A stretch of 62,113 nucleotides of DNA, counting the filler, from Malassezia furfur (lineage: Eukaryota), in the NCBI GenBank assembly GCA_052055015.1. It is 7 parts of 7 records of this genome, joined end to end, with 100 filler letters (N's around TTAATTAATTAA, not from the genome) between each part and the next. Parts side by side here need not be neighbours in the genome. Positions count along the whole stretch, not along the records: positions 44,615 to 53,352 come from JBQJIT010000450.1; positions 53,453 to 62,113 come from JBQJIT010000452.1; 5 more parts are not named here. One strand, given 5' to 3'. The position numbers and the translations under genes were made by a program. This document shows, in pieces, positions 49,967-62,113 of the stretch. Position 1 is the stretch's first letter, and every line of letters starts with the position of its first letter. The notes beneath the pieces were generated by a model. It was not told the origin of the DNA, made no database searches, and worked only from the letters and a program-made list of their open reading frames with translations.

Positions 49967-52145
49967 TTAGTAACTCCGACCAAACATGGTCCAGCGCTTG
50001 GCGGGCTTGCCACACTGCGGGCAGTTGCGACCGTCGATCGCAGGGTAGGCCTCCTGGTCGAACGGAATGCAGAGCGACTTGGCACCCATCGACGGCGCAC
50101 GCTCGTCCTGCGACTCCTCCGACGAGACGGTGCGCGCGCTGCGGTCCTTGATCTGGTCCTCGCACGCCTCCTCCTCGCACCAGGGGATGATGACGTGGTT
50201 CTTGGCGTTGAGCGTCTTGGTAAACATGTCCCAGTCCGTGACAACTTTGCGGTGGTCGCGGAATTCGGCGTCCGCCTTGGCGTACATGTCGTTGTGGATC
50301 GTGTCGAGCAGCTTGGGGATGCTCGCCGTGATCGAGTCAAGCGCCAGCGACTCCTTGGCGCCCGTGTCGCGGCGCACGCTGATCGCCGCCTTGTTGGCCA
50401 GGTCCTTGGGGCCGATCTCCAGACGGACCGGCACACCGCGCAGCTCCCAGTCGTTGAACTTGAAGCCGGGGTTGTAGTTGTCGCGCAAATCGGCGTGCGC
50501 GCGGATGCCGTGGCGGTTGAGCTCGGCGGCGGTGTCCTTGCACGCGTCATTCACCGCGTCCTTGACATCCTGCGGCACCTTGACGCCGAGACCGCACGGC
50601 ACCAGCACCACCTGCGTGCTCGCGACGCGCGGCGGCATCACCAGACCCTTGTCGTCGCCATGCACCATCACCATCACACCAATCGTACGCGTCGACAGAC
50701 CCCACGAGTTCTGCCAGACGTACAGGCGGCCCTCGGGCTTGCCACGCGTCTCGTCCGTGGCCTTGGGGTCCTGCACCGCAATGTCAAACATGCGGCTAAA
50801 GTTTTGTCCCAGGCAGTGCGACGTTCCGCCCTGGATACCACGGCCGGTCGTGGGAACGTAGCCCTCGACGGTGGTGGTGTACAGACCGCCGGCAAACTTT
50901 TCCTTCTCCGACTTAATGCCGGGCACCACGGGGATGGCCAGCAGTTCGTTGTACACGCGGCGGTACAGGTCGAGGATGTCGAGCACCTCCTTGGCGGCCT
51001 CCTCCTGCGTAAGGTGCGCCGTGTGGCCCTCCTGCCAGAGGAACTCGCGCGTGCGCAGGAACGGCTGGGGGTGCTTAAATTCCCAGCGTACCACACTGTT
51101 CCACTGGTTCAGCTTGAGCGGCAGATCGCGGTGGCTCTGAATCCAGCGCGCATAATAGGGGTACATCACCGTCTCGGACGTCGGGCGGATCGCCACGGGC
51201 TTCTCAAGGTCCGACTTGCCCGCACGCGTAACCCAGGCCACCTCGGGCGCAAAGCCTTCGATGTGGTCCTTCTCCTTCTCGAGCACATCAGACGAGACAA
51301 ACATGGGGAAGTAGCAGTTCTGCACGCCGAGCTTCTTGATCTCGCCGTCGAAGAAGCGCTGGATCGACTCCCACACAAAGAAACTCCACGGCTTGAGGAT
51401 ATAGCAGCCGCTCACGTCGTAGTAATCGAGCATGTCGCCCTTGCGCAGCACCTGCTGGTACCACTCGGGGAAGTCGAGGTCCTTGCGCACGGTAATACCG
51501 ATCAGCTCCGCCTCGGGGATCTTGGCATCCACGGCCTTAGCCTTCGGCTCGGGCTTTGCAGCTGGCGCAGCAGGCGCCGGTGCCTTGAGCGAGCTGAACG
51601 GCACCACGTCAAGCTGCACCTGGGTGCTTTCGAGGTACTGCTGGATTCCTGCGCCCGTCACAAACACCGTCTCGGATGCGGAGAGCGCATGAACGGCATA
51701 GGTCACCTTCGACGACACAATGTCCTCATCCAAGAGTACGCGCACCTTGCTAGCGTTGCCCTTGGTGACATTGAACGGCGACACTGTGTGAGTCGTGTGA
51801 TCACCTACCATCGTCCTTAGTCGCACCCAGCGTCGCCTTCAGCAGATCGGGCACAGCGAGGCGCAAATCCTTGAGTTTGAGCTGCGCACCAATGGCGCTC
51901 GTGTTGGTCTGCGTCGCATCGTCGGTCAAGACCACGACAGGCAGTGGCGTCTCCGACTTGGCCGTCTTGGGCTTGAAGACGAGCGTCTTCAGCAAGTGGT
52001 AGTCCTGCGGCTTGTCGGCGGCGGGCACGGATGCAAGCGCATCCGACCACGCAGCCTGCGAGTCAGATGCCGTGTGTGACACGGCCTTGGATGCAGCCGG
52101 CTCAATCGATAGCGACGACAGCGCTGCCAGAAGAGAATCACTCAT
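49967..52145 (-). CDS. Cytosolic prolyl-tRNA synthetase with N-terminal YbaK-like domain; intron 51784-51808
   Basis: KTLVFKPK, YYDVSGCY, RPTSET, FLRTREFLWQEGH, QNSWG, C-terminal FGRSY. Confidence 0.96.
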
Positions 52146-52226
52146 CGTGCACAAGTCCGAAGAGGCGAGCACGCCGCGCGACGCTTAGTCATCCACTTCT
52201 TCGCTACTCTCGACCCTCACCGCGAG

Positions 52227-53182
52227 ATGACGGCGCGCAGCGCGACGGTGGAGGAGTTCAACGACGATACAGACGTACGTGCGGTGCACTCATGCAGTTT
52301 GCCCTTCCGGGCGTGAGCTCGTCACAAGATGTCGCAATGCCGAGCGTCGACATGATGCAGGAAATGATGGCACAGATGGGCGGAGGTGGTGCATCGGCGG
52401 GCGCGCCTAGCGGTGCGAGCGGCAACGTGCGCTCCGCGTCACGGCACACAACGCCCAATGTGGCGGATGATGGCGAGAAGGATGGACCGCACAAGCACTG
52501 GACGAGTGTGTACCCCATCTACCTGGACGCCAAGCAGCGATACCGTAAGGGGTGCCGCCGAATCGCATACGAGAAGGCGATTTTGTACCCCAACAGCCAG
52601 TACATCTCGAATGCTGCCAAGCACCTCAAGCTTGAGTACATGCACGAACCATACCGCACGCACCCCCGAGACTGGGCGAACCCTGGTCGCGTCAAGGTGC
52701 GGCTCTACAACGACGACGGCAATGCCGTGCGCGCCGACATTCCCACCAAGCAAAAACTGCTCGAAGCGATTGCTGCCAACCTGCAGGCTGTCACGGGTGG
52801 CAAGCCGCCGCCGTTGCCGACGCCGAGCAAGCCGGCCCGTGCGTCCAACGACACCCAACAGGGTGCGAAGACGGCGCGCTGCGCGGCAAGTGGCAAACAG
52901 GCGCTGCGTGCGCGCGAGCGGCGTATTCGGCGCATGCAGGTTCCCAGCACGTTCCCGCCGCACTCGCCTGCGATGCCGGCAGGAATGCTCGGTATGGACC
53001 TATCGAAAATGGCGGGCGCCGCCGGCGCAATGCCCGGCATGGGCCCCCTCGGCAGTATGATGAGCTCGATGGGCCTTGGCGACGATGATGACGAGCCTGC
53101 CGAGGAGGAGAAGCCCGCTGCGCGGCAGCAGCCTGCGCTCGGCCGGCGCCAGCGGAAGCGTGTCGTGCGCATTGCACGTTAA
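52227..53182 (+). CDS. SEC65: SRP19/Sec65 subunit; intron 52275-52297
   Basis: VEEFNDDTD/FALP, W..VYPIYLD, RRI, HPRDWANPGRVKV. Confidence 0.92.
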
Positions 53183-53352
53183 AGGTAGTCTACACACCTC
53201 CATACAAAACAGCCAATCGTCTCCACGCAGCACGCACGCGACAGCCCGGAAAACCCGCGGCGCGTTTCTCACCTACGTCGAGGATGTCGTTTTCGAGGAG
53301 CTGTTACAAGTGGGTGTCGCGAAGTGAGAAGAAGGGGGGCTGATGGGGCGTA

Positions 53353-53452
53353 NNNNNNNNNNNNNNNNNNNNNNNNNNNNNNNNNNNNNNNNNNNNTTAA
53401 TTAATTAANNNNNNNNNNNNNNNNNNNNNNNNNNNNNNNNNNNNNNNNNNNN
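53353..53452. other. Artificial contig linker
   Basis: N44-TTAATTAATTAA-N44. Confidence 0.98.
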
Positions 53453-53678
53453 ACCTGCGATCAGCTGCACCTCGTTCAACCCGTGCTGTGCTGGCATGCA
53501 CGAAGAAATGTGGATTTGCTCCAATGAATGAGTGCGTTGTACCGTGGGTAATTCTCTGGGCGTTTCTATAATATCACGTGAAGCCCTGTGTGGCCACGTG
53601 CCTCCACATGAACCCTGAGTGATCTCCACTTGGACCACGCTGCACGGACGTCGTGCGCACCCAACACGCTTCGCGTGC

Positions 53679-55285
53679 ATGTATGACCCGCATATCTGGT
53701 CGACTCCACAAGCGTATGCGTACCGGGGAGACGTGATGCACTCGAATCAGTTCCTGCCATTGGGGATACAGCCTATGGCGCCGGGCGCGTACGGCGCAGC
53801 GGCCGCCTATGCGCCGTCTGGTATGATGGCCCCTGCCCTGCCTCCCCCCCTCGCGGTGATGCGGCGACCTAATACCGCATTCCAGCCGGTGCGAATTCAA
53901 CAACCAACTCTGGTCAGCTCCTTTTCGTACGATGAGCAAAAACACCTTCATCTTGATGACCGCTCAAAACGCTACTTCCACGATCCACCAACTGCACGCA
54001 GTCATGACAACGACACCAGGCGTGCTGCCGACCTCAATTATGGCTTCGAACACTTCCGTGAACAGGTACGGCATAACCTGACTTACATGCGCAGCCGCAC
54101 GTGCCCGATCCGTTGGACTCGGTCTTGTACACACTGATGCGCCGGGCAGAACAGCCTACGGCGCCGCCGCCCGTCGCAGGCGCTGCGTGCGTACCGGCAG
54201 AAGCTTTGGCATCTGAGTTGCTGCGCACGCAAGTGATTACTTGGCGTGGGATTCTTACGAAACTTTGCACGGCGTGGAGCTGTCACCCGGAAGCACCGCC
54301 CATGTTCCGGGATGGATTTGAACTGAACGTCATGATGCTGGGTGATACCCTAATTATGGAAGAGGTGCCGCCGAGCGCACATGTGCTCGCAGCACAAGGA
54401 CGCGCCAACAAGTCGCAAAAACAGCAACGGGCTACTTACTACGGATACAGTTTTGAGTCTTACTGTACGACGCCGCAGCCTACCGAGACGGCATCGTCGG
54501 CATTGTCGGAGTTGCACGCAACGTCCAACGCGATGACACCTCCGGGATGGGGCGAAGACGTGAATACCAACCGGCAGTGGTGTCACATTGTCAAGACCCG
54601 GCTCGGAGATACCCGAATTATCATTGGCGGTGAGGTTGATTGCGTTGAAACGGCGGCGATGGAGACGAACGCCACAAAGGAGTCAGTGGTGGAGCTGAAA
54701 ACGAGCATACAGCCGCGCAACGAGCAGGACCAGATGCGGCTGCATGCCAAGATGCTGCGCATGTATATGCAATCGTTTCTGTTAGGTGTACAGTCGATTG
54801 TTTTGGGATTCCGCGACTCCAAAGGCGCGCTGCTCTCGCACGAGCACTACCGCACGATGGATTTGCCGCGGCTTGTCCGGGGCAAGCCGGGGCAGTGGAA
54901 TGCAAACGACAACCTTGCATTTGGTGCACACATCCTACACTGGCTGCACCAGACCGTGCGGGCCGAGATGGAGCGCTGGTCGTTCTTCGTTGCGGACCGG
55001 CTAAAGCAGGCCGAGCAGGTGCGTGGACCGTATCCCTGGCGCGTGCACCGCACGACGCAGTCCTTCTTGGGCCACCTGCCACTGCCGTGCGTGGAGGACG
55101 CAGAGCTGGACTACCCCGTTTACCGGGTGAGCTTCCAGCCGCCGTTTGGGCAAGTCACGCTGCGCTACGTCCCGCCGGAGGAGCTGCAGCTCGATGGGCG
55201 GCGTGCGAACCGGTGTGGCCTGGTGCCGACCGAGTTTTACCGGTGGGCGACGACGCCCATGCCCATGGCCACGGAGGCTAGCTAG
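53679..55285 (+). CDS. RAI1: Rai1/DXO decapping nuclease; intron 54066-54094
   Basis: FSYD, DLNYGF, TWRG, YYGYSFE, GGEVDC, ELKT, QSFLLG, GFRD. Confidence 0.92.
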
Positions 55286-55323
55286 GATAATTGTGCTGGC
55301 AAATGTACACTACGTGATGTAGA

Positions 55324-56944
55324 TTAGGCATGAGAGTGTCCCGCATGAGAGTGCCCCGCGTGAGAGTGCTCCGCGTGCTCCGAAGACTCGGCACTATCGA
55401 GCACCTGGGACCCACGGCTGTTGAGCTGGCAGCAGGTCGCGCCGCGGCACTCGTCCGCGTCGCAGGCGAGCAGGCACGTCTGGTCGCCCTTGGGCAGCTC
55501 GTCGTGCACCGGGTTGCCCTCGGCGGTGAGCACGCGGCCCTGTTGGTCCGTGTCGGGGTGCAGCTCCATGCCACTGAGGCGTGCCGCCTCTTTGACCCCC
55601 GACACGAACTCGGGTTGAATGGTGGTGGAGTGGATGCCCCAGAGGTGCAAGACGTGGCGCACCTGGTTCGCGATCTCCATGTACCGCGCGACCTGCTCGC
55701 CAGAGCAGTCGACCAGGATGTGCAGACTCGCCACGATCTTGTTCTCATTCAGCTGCCAAACGTGCAGATCGTGCAGGCTCAGGACGCCCTCGACGCACAG
55801 CACCGAATGGCGCACGCCGTCAATCGACACCGAGTGCGGCACGCCCTGTAGCAGGATAAATGACGCCGACTTGACCAGCGGCAGCGCCGAGTGGAAGATG
55901 ATGCATGCAATCAGGAACGACACCATCGGGTCCACATAGAAGCGCCATGCATAGTCGGTGTTCCAGATGAACAGGCCGGTGAGGATTACACCGACGTTGC
56001 CGATCGCGTCGCCCAGCACGTGCAAGAAGACTCCTGTCATGTTCATGTTCTCGTGTGAGTGGCCCGTCGAGCCCGTCTCGCGACGATGACGCGCGATCGC
56101 TGCCGCGGTGTGCGCTTCGTGGCTCATCGACGTACGACGGCTGGCGCTTGGGCCGGCCTCGTCCGCCGAGGCCGCGCCGTACTGAGCGCCGCGCTCGCCA
56201 CGCAGCAGCGCCTGCTGCTCGCCCTTCTTGGCCGCCTCATAGCCGAGCGAGTGTGCCTTATCCACGATAAAAGCACGCGCCCGCGCGGGGTAGCCGACGA
56301 TGCTTTTGGTGCCGTTCAGCAGAGGGTCGTCCGCAGTCTCCTCCTCGTCATTATCATCATCGATACCCTCCTCGGCATGCGCCGGCTGATTTTCGATATC
56401 GTATGTGTGCTCGTGCTCGTGCTCGTGCTCGGGATCATGCCCATCGTGGCTATGTCCGCCATGGCCATGCGCATGTGCATGGCCCTGGAAGAGCGCGAGG
56501 CCGATGATGTTGGACGAGAGGCCCATCGAGCCCACAATCACGATCAGTTTCGGGTTGGACACCTCGGGCACCTTGACGATACGCTCGAGAGCCTCCATGA
56601 AGATGCTGAAGCACAATGCCAGAAGGAACACGCCGTTGAATAGAGCGCCCAGGATCTCGGCACGCTGCCACCCGTACGAGTACAAGGGATGCTTGTCGGC
56701 TTTGTTTTTGAGCTGCGTAAGTAGGGTGAGGGCGTACGTACCCGTACCGCATACAGCGCAACGACCAGTGACATGACATCGTTCAGCATGTGAAACGAGT
56801 CAGCCACCAGGGCCAACGAGCCGACCGCATACCCTGGAATTAGCGTGCACTATGCTTACCGCTAATGAGCTCGATAAAGAAGAATACAATGTCGATGCCC
56901 AGGAGGATCAGAATCCTTCCCTCGTTCCCAAGCGAGCCGCCCAT
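55324..56944 (-). CDS. ZRC1: CDF zinc transporter (Zrc1/Cot1); introns 56834-56859 and 56713-56741
   Basis: SLALVADSFHMLND, YGWQRAEILG, His-rich loop, GVFLHVLGDA, ILLQ, HSTTIQPE; His-repeat tail. Confidence 0.92.
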
Positions 56945-57454
56945 GATCGATGACAACGATGTCCCCCTAGTGTGCGTGATGGTCCGGCAAAATTAATTCC
57001 CCGAACCAGTGTATGAAAAAAGCGCAGCTGTGGAGAGCACGACATGACATGACACGGGCGCGGCCGGCACCGGAGCGGCGTCTACGTCACGCACACGAAC
57101 TCGCACATACTCATGATAGCACGAAGTATGGCATTCGCACATGCGCACTATGCTTGCATCGCGTCTCTTAGGAGTATCCCACGTCGTACAAAGTGCTTGG
57201 CATCTACCGGAAAAAATATATGCCCACCAGGTGACAAGTTCTACCACCGTGGCGCTTTTCAGCGCAGGTAGACTTGCCAAAGAGTGGACTCGGCTCGTTC
57301 TCGGAGGCCAATGTTGAGCCAGACCGCCACGATGGCAGGCAGCTCATGAGGATGGCCTCCTTGCTCGTTAAACAATGAAAAGAAGCCTTTGCACCGCACG
57401 CTCGTCTCGTCTTTGCTGTCACGTGACGATCGCGAGACCGACGTGCAGTGTGGC

Positions 57455-58523
57455 ATGGCGCACGACCCGCCGAGGACGCGAAGCCGCGCGAGCACGTCGC
57501 GGGCCCTCGCTGTGTCCTTCGATGCGGGGCAAGCGCGTGCGCGGGCCTCAGACGTGCACGCGTCTTTCCAAGACGTCGTGCGCCAGACCGGGTGGCTCCT
57601 GCGCCAACGCGCCCAAATGATTCGCCAAGGCCGCGCAGGCTGCGAATGCATGCCCGTCTTATACCCGCTCGCACACGCGTGCAAGCAATATCTAACCCAT
57701 ACCGAGGCATTGCGCGAGCAGCTCGTAGGTCATTCGACTCACCCAGCTTTGTGCACAGGTGCTTCTCGAGCATGCGTTAGAAAAGACGCATGGCTCCGCA
57801 GCGCCGGCCACCGAGAACCTCGAAGCCGCCCCGATCACCACCGATTCTTCGCTCTCACAACTTGATCCAGAGCTCTATCGCGTCATTTCTTCGATGCCGC
57901 TCGACTGGAGTGGCGAGCAGGGCACTGCCACCGCTGCTACACTGCCAGCGTTGCCCGACATGGGCGCACTGGCAGCGGTGACGGCGGGTGCACCCGCACC
58001 TGCGGTGCCCGCAGTGCCTTCGCAGGTGCCTGGAGCGGACGCGAGCTCGGCAATAGCAATCGACAGCGACGACGACGAGCCGACTGCAACCTCGGCACCG
58101 GCGCGGAGAGAAGGCGAAGCGCTCAGCAATGCTCAGCCGACCAAGAAGCGCAAGGTGGACTCCGCGGTGCCAGCGCAAGGACAGGCCGCCGACTTTATGT
58201 CCATCTTCCTCTCGAACCAGCTGGGCGGTGCTGAGGACCCGAAAAAGGGACCCACGACCGCCGCCAGTGCTAACCAGGTCACCCAGGCCGCCTCGAGCAG
58301 CACCGCTGCGCCGGGCCTTGACTCGCTCATGAGTGAGCAGATGCCCGGTATGACCGACCTTAACTGGCTTGATTTTAGCACGCTCGGCGGCCAGGACGGC
58401 GGCGAGGGTGGCCAGTTCTCGAGCCTGTTTGGCGGCGCCTCGAGTACCGATCTCGACGGCCTTTCATCGCTCGACTTTTCCACACCGCTACCGTCGTTGG
58501 ATGCGGAGAAAAAGAATGGCTAG
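57455..58523 (+). CDS. Hypothetical protein with helical N-terminus and low-complexity acidic tail; intron 57725-57746
   Basis: GTAGGT...CTCACCCAG intron joins two ORFs; NLS-like PTKKRK. Confidence 0.65.
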
Positions 58524-60641
58524 CTAGCTACTACATAAGAGCGCCAGCAGATCGCGCTGCATATACCGCAACAGCGCCGAGCTGGGGCTCGGCGTGCCGG
58601 ACACGAGGGCGCCGCGGCGCCCTTCGCGCGGTGCGCCCTGCGTGCTGCGGAGGATTGCGGCGCAGGCGGGTGCGTCGGGGTTCAAGAGCGTAGCAAGATC
58701 AAGCTGTTGGATGATGCGCATGATCGTCTGCTCGCTGGGTGCGCGGTTCGTCGAGCCTCGCAGGAAGAAGTAGGACGCCGCGGTACTCTGTGTACGCCAA
58801 ACGGCGATTTGGCCCTCGATCGTGGCGAGCAGGTCGCGCAGCAGCGTCCAATGGACCTGGGCGAGCTGCGGGCCACCGCGTGCGGCTTTCTTGGTGGGTA
58901 GCAGCATCGCGACACGCTGCAGCGCATCCGCGTTGCGTGCCAGCTCGTAGACAAGCAGGTGCGTCTCGGCAGGCGTCTGCAAAAACTTGTCCGAGTACAC
59001 CAGAAGGATGGCGAGCGTCTCGAGTAGGCTTGGGGCGAGGAGGTGTACGTCGCTCGCTGGGAGCTCTTCGTGGCGCTGCGCGAGAAAGGTGGCCACGCCG
59101 AGCATTGCGCGCCAGAGTTCGAGCCAGTCGTACTCCAGCAGGACGCCCTGCTGGGCACACGCGACCGCCGTGCGATGCACGGCGGTGAACGCAGTGACAA
59201 ACGCGGGCGCATCGGGGTGTTTGCTGCGGTTGTACTTGAAAAAGATTGCGGCGCTGTCCAGCACGAGCACAATAATGCGCCGCCGCCGCTTGGTGCCGTC
59301 CTGCGGGGGGACCGGCAGCGGATTCGCCTTTTGGCGGCAAAAGTCGACGCGGTCGACGAGCACGCCAGGATCCGCCTTGCCACGCTCGATGGCATCCTCA
59401 TTGCGCTGCACTTCATCGCACAAGAGGCGCTCACGCACGGCACTGTTCTCGGTCCCGTCGGTGGACCCGAGGAATGCGACAATGATTTGCAGCACGGTCT
59501 GGGCGTATGTGGCGGCGCGCGCGCTGCTCGACGCATGCGTGAGGACGTAGGAAGCGAGCGAGAAGAAGGTCACAACAAGCGGTTCGCCACTCGTCGGCGC
59601 CAGCATGCTAAGTGCAAATGTGTCCGACGTGTGCACCAGCAGCCAGACGCAAAGGAGGAAGAGGGCGCGCGGCGGTGGCAACGACGCCAGTGCTGGTGCG
59701 TCGGGCGCCTTATCGCCAGACCACAGGCCGAGCGACCACGAAGAGGCGGATGCAAGCTCGGGCGCCGTGTGATACGCCTGAAGCGTGCGCGCAAACTGCA
59801 CCGAGAGCGCGTGAGCGATGCGCGCCATGTCGACCGAGTCGGCATAGTCGCGCAGCTTCCGCTGGTATGGCTGAAAGCCTGCGTTGCTCACAACTGCTGA
59901 GGAGATCGGGTCGAGCGCAAGACCCGCAGCATCCGCGACGCCGTGGGCCTGGCCGGCGGTGGACAGCATGCTCAGGAAGAGCGCTGCCTCGGAAATCACG
60001 TCCACCGACCTGTTCGTATGCACGACGTACATCGCGCTTTCAAACATATCGCGATGTAAGAAGTAGGTCGCGAGCGACGTGTTCCCCATGTAGGCAATGC
60101 AGACCAAAGCCAGCTGCACCGTCTCGCGCTGGATCTGTGGCGCGGAGCGCATCGCATCATGCAGCGCATTGACCAATGCGAAGAACATCTCGTCCGCGTC
60201 CGACATGCGCCCCGCAAGTACCGTGATCACATCCAGCGTGTAGTTTGCGTACGGCTTGGGCAGCAGTGCGCACGCTAAGGCGAGCAGGGTCTCCGCGGCG
60301 TGTTTTCGGCGCAGCGTGTCGTCAACGTCCTCCGCGAGCGTCCGCAGCGACTCGCGCCAGAGGCCCGTGATATTTTCGCGCGCCTGCGACATTCTCTCGC
60401 TCAGCAAATCGGCCGGTGTGAGCGGCGCAAACAGCTCGAGCACCACGCTACGCTCGACGGGCAAGCACAGCAGGTCCATGTAGAATTCCGACCGCGGCGC
60501 AGCATTGGCCTTGCCGAGCGCCTTGGCACTCCCCGCTCGCGCTCCATTCATTCCACCATTTTGGATGCCTATGGCGTCCCATGGGCGCTCCCCCGCGAGT
60601 AGACGCTCATAGCATGCGCGGAATTTCGTCTTGGGTCGCAT
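58524..60641 (-). CDS. ARMH3/C10orf76 (DUF1741)-like armadillo helical protein
   Basis: K...YE.L N-terminus, YFLHRDMF, SYVLTH, CRQK, LEYDWLELW, LVYEL.R. Confidence 0.75.
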   Translation of the reverse strand: MRPKTKFRACYERLLAGERPWDAIGIQNGGMNGARAGSAKALGKANAAPRSEFYMDLLCLPVERSVVLELFAPLTPADLLSERMSQARENITGLWRESLRTLAEDVDDTLRRKHAAETLLALACALLPKPYANYTLDVITVLAGRMSDADEMFFALVNALHDAMRSAPQIQRETVQLALVCIAYMGNTSLATYFLHRDMFESAMYVVHTNRSVDVISEAALFLSMLSTAGQAHGVADAAGLALDPISSAVVSNAGFQPYQRKLRDYADSVDMARIAHALSVQFARTLQAYHTAPELASASSWSLGLWSGDKAPDAPALASLPPPRALFLLCVWLLVHTSDTFALSMLAPTSGEPLVVTFFSLASYVLTHASSSARAATYAQTVLQIIVAFLGSTDGTENSAVRERLLCDEVQRNEDAIERGKADPGVLVDRVDFCRQKANPLPVPPQDGTKRRRRIIVLVLDSAAIFFKYNRSKHPDAPAFVTAFTAVHRTAVACAQQGVLLEYDWLELWRAMLGVATFLAQRHEELPASDVHLLAPSLLETLAILLVYSDKFLQTPAETHLLVYELARNADALQRVAMLLPTKKAARGGPQLAQVHWTLLRDLLATIEGQIAVWRTQSTAASYFFLRGSTNRAPSEQTIMRIIQQLDLATLLNPDAPACAAILRSTQGAPREGRRGALVSGTPSPSSALLRYMQRDLLALLCSS

Positions 60642-60766
60642 GCATACACCGACCACGCCAACAGCAAACTCGACGCGTTTCTGCCGAATTGGGCGAATTT
60701 GGGGTGGGAAGTAAGTGGAGGGCGACGCGGCGCGCTCTTTCCTCCGCGCCGCCGACGCCTTACACC

Positions 60767-62113
60767 ATGGGGGACGAGGAGACCAAGTCTGCGAAACCGC
60801 GGACGGGCCCCAAGTTCCGGAAGCCGCGCGTAAAGCTCAACTTCTCGCGCAACCTTGCGGGTGCACTGACAAGCAATGATGGCCCGAAGACGAAGCCGTA
60901 CATGCAGGGCTATGACCGCGAGCTCGACAGCGAAGACGAAGAGACGGGCGAGGGCATGGCGTTCGAGGAACAGCTGATCCTGCGCCTACCTGAGGGCCCC
61001 GGTGTAAACGGCGAGCTGGACCAGCTGCGCAAAACGATCAAGAAGCGTGGAACGCTGCCCGATACGTGGTTCAAGTTCAAAGACTCGCGGCGTGCCGTCT
61101 TCTACATCGCGGGGCAGCCGTATGCGGCCAAGATTGTCGACCTGCCCTGCATTGTTGAGTCGCACAAGACACTCGACAACAAGCAGATTTTCAAGATCGC
61201 GGACATCTCGCAGATGCTGCTTGTCGAGCGCCCGGTGGCGAACGAGAGCGAGGCGGTCGAAGCAGCGGCGTCCTCGACGCGTGAGGCGGGCCAGGCCAAG
61301 GTCGGCTTCAACGCGGACGACTATATATACCCCCACGGCATTACGCCGCCGATGCACTGGGCGCGCAAACGGCGATTCCGTAAGCGCATCCACAACCGCG
61401 GCATCGACACGGTCGAAAAGGAGGTCGAGAACCTGCTCAACGATGACCGCCGTGCCGAGAAGGTCGAGTACGAGTTTGTGGACCCAGCCGAGGCGGACGC
61501 GATCGAGGAGGAGATCGCCAATACCAAGTACGAGCAGGAAGACATGGACCACGATGGCGACGACTCGCAGATGCACGGCTCTGGCGACGAGGACGATGGC
61601 GACAGCCGCCGGGGTGGCGACGATGACGACGAAAACGTCGACCAGGTCCTCGCTGCCGAGTTGGACGCGGCGCTTGCGCGCGAGCAGGGTGGCGAGGGCG
61701 ACGAGAGCGCGTCGAACAGCGACAACGACAACGACAACAGCGACGAGGAGCGCAGTCGGGCGGACAGCGATCTCGAGGACCTCTGGGACGACGAGGAGAA
61801 TGAGGACGGCGACGACAACGAAGAGAACGAGCCCGAGAATGAGGCGGAGAATGATGCCGACAAAGACGACGACGATGGCGACGGCGAAGAAGAGGCGGAG
61901 CGCCGTGTGCGTGAGTCCCAACTTGAGGCCGAGTGCCGCGAGATTGAGACGATGATCCGCCGCAAGCAGCACGACATCGACGCGACGCTCAACGCGCTCA
62001 TCAAGAGCCGCCACCAGCAGGCGCTGCGCAAGCTGCAGGTCGAATTCGATTTGAAGAAGAAGCACCTGCAGGACATCAAGCAGCTGCGCCGGGCGATCCG
62101 CGAGGAGCGCGCG
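60767..62113 (+). CDS. TAF7: TFIID subunit 7 (3' truncated; missing from the ORF track because it has no stop in the window)
   Basis: FEEQLILR, FKDSRRA, VDLPCIVESHKT.D...FKIADISQML, HGITPPM...RKRRFRKR. Confidence 0.95.
   Translation, partial: MGDEETKSAKPRTGPKFRKPRVKLNFSRNLAGALTSNDGPKTKPYMQGYDRELDSEDEETGEGMAFEEQLILRLPEGPGVNGELDQLRKTIKKRGTLPDTWFKFKDSRRAVFYIAGQPYAAKIVDLPCIVESHKTLDNKQIFKIADISQMLLVERPVANESEAVEAAASSTREAGQAKVGFNADDYIYPHGITPPMHWARKRRFRKRIHNRGIDTVEKEVENLLNDDRRAEKVEYEFVDPAEADAIEEEIANTKYEQEDMDHDGDDSQMHGSGDEDDGDSRRGGDDDDENVDQVLAAELDAALAREQGGEGDESASNSDNDNDNSDEERSRADSDLEDLWDDEENEDGDDNEENEPENEAENDADKDDDDGDGEEEAERRVRESQLEAECREIETMIRRKQHDIDATLNALIKSRHQQALRKLQVEFDLKKKHLQDIKQLRRAIREERA

Noticed and set aside
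48563..51820. 1085-aa ORF suggesting a SerRS fusion protein
   Set aside because: It reads through the 26-nt intron at 49883-49908 and then runs antisense to ProRS. Spliced SES1 stops at 49947.
53183..53352. Possible gene fragment at the contig end
   Set aside because: Too short, and no frame gives a recognisable protein.

Overview
This is high-GC, extremely compact fungal DNA. Gene content, micro-introns and a short AT island point to a Malassezia-type basidiomycete yeast (inference). The window is not contiguous: seven fragments of strictly decreasing length (8911, 8869, 8814, 8763, 8757, 8738, 8661 bp) are joined by identical 100-nt N44-TTAATTAATTAA-N44 linkers, so nothing can be inferred across the gaps. 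About 48 protein-coding genes or gene fragments were called, mostly housekeeping (DUS4, ASF1, ERG6, LSM8, URA9, TAL1, COQ6, AFG2, ERG13, NOP12, APS2, SYS1, GPI18, SRP54, ZUO1, SES1, ProRS, SEC65, RAI1, TAF7 and others). Main highlights: (1) a ~0.6 kb AT-rich candidate centromere core whose AAAC/GTTT strand polarity switches near its middle; (2) 41 hand-called GT-AG introns of only 21-29 nt, with the branch point almost fused to the 3' splice site; (3) a box C/D snoRNA inside a ~140-nt 5'UTR intron of ERG6; (4) an intron-containing bacterial-type GH8b glycoside hydrolase; (5) an inverted M1 aminopeptidase duplication with altered substrate-anchoring motifs; (6) divergent gene pairs only 26-125 bp apart and overlapping convergent stop codons; (7) unexplained structured intergenic segments. 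All calls are by eye, with no database searches.
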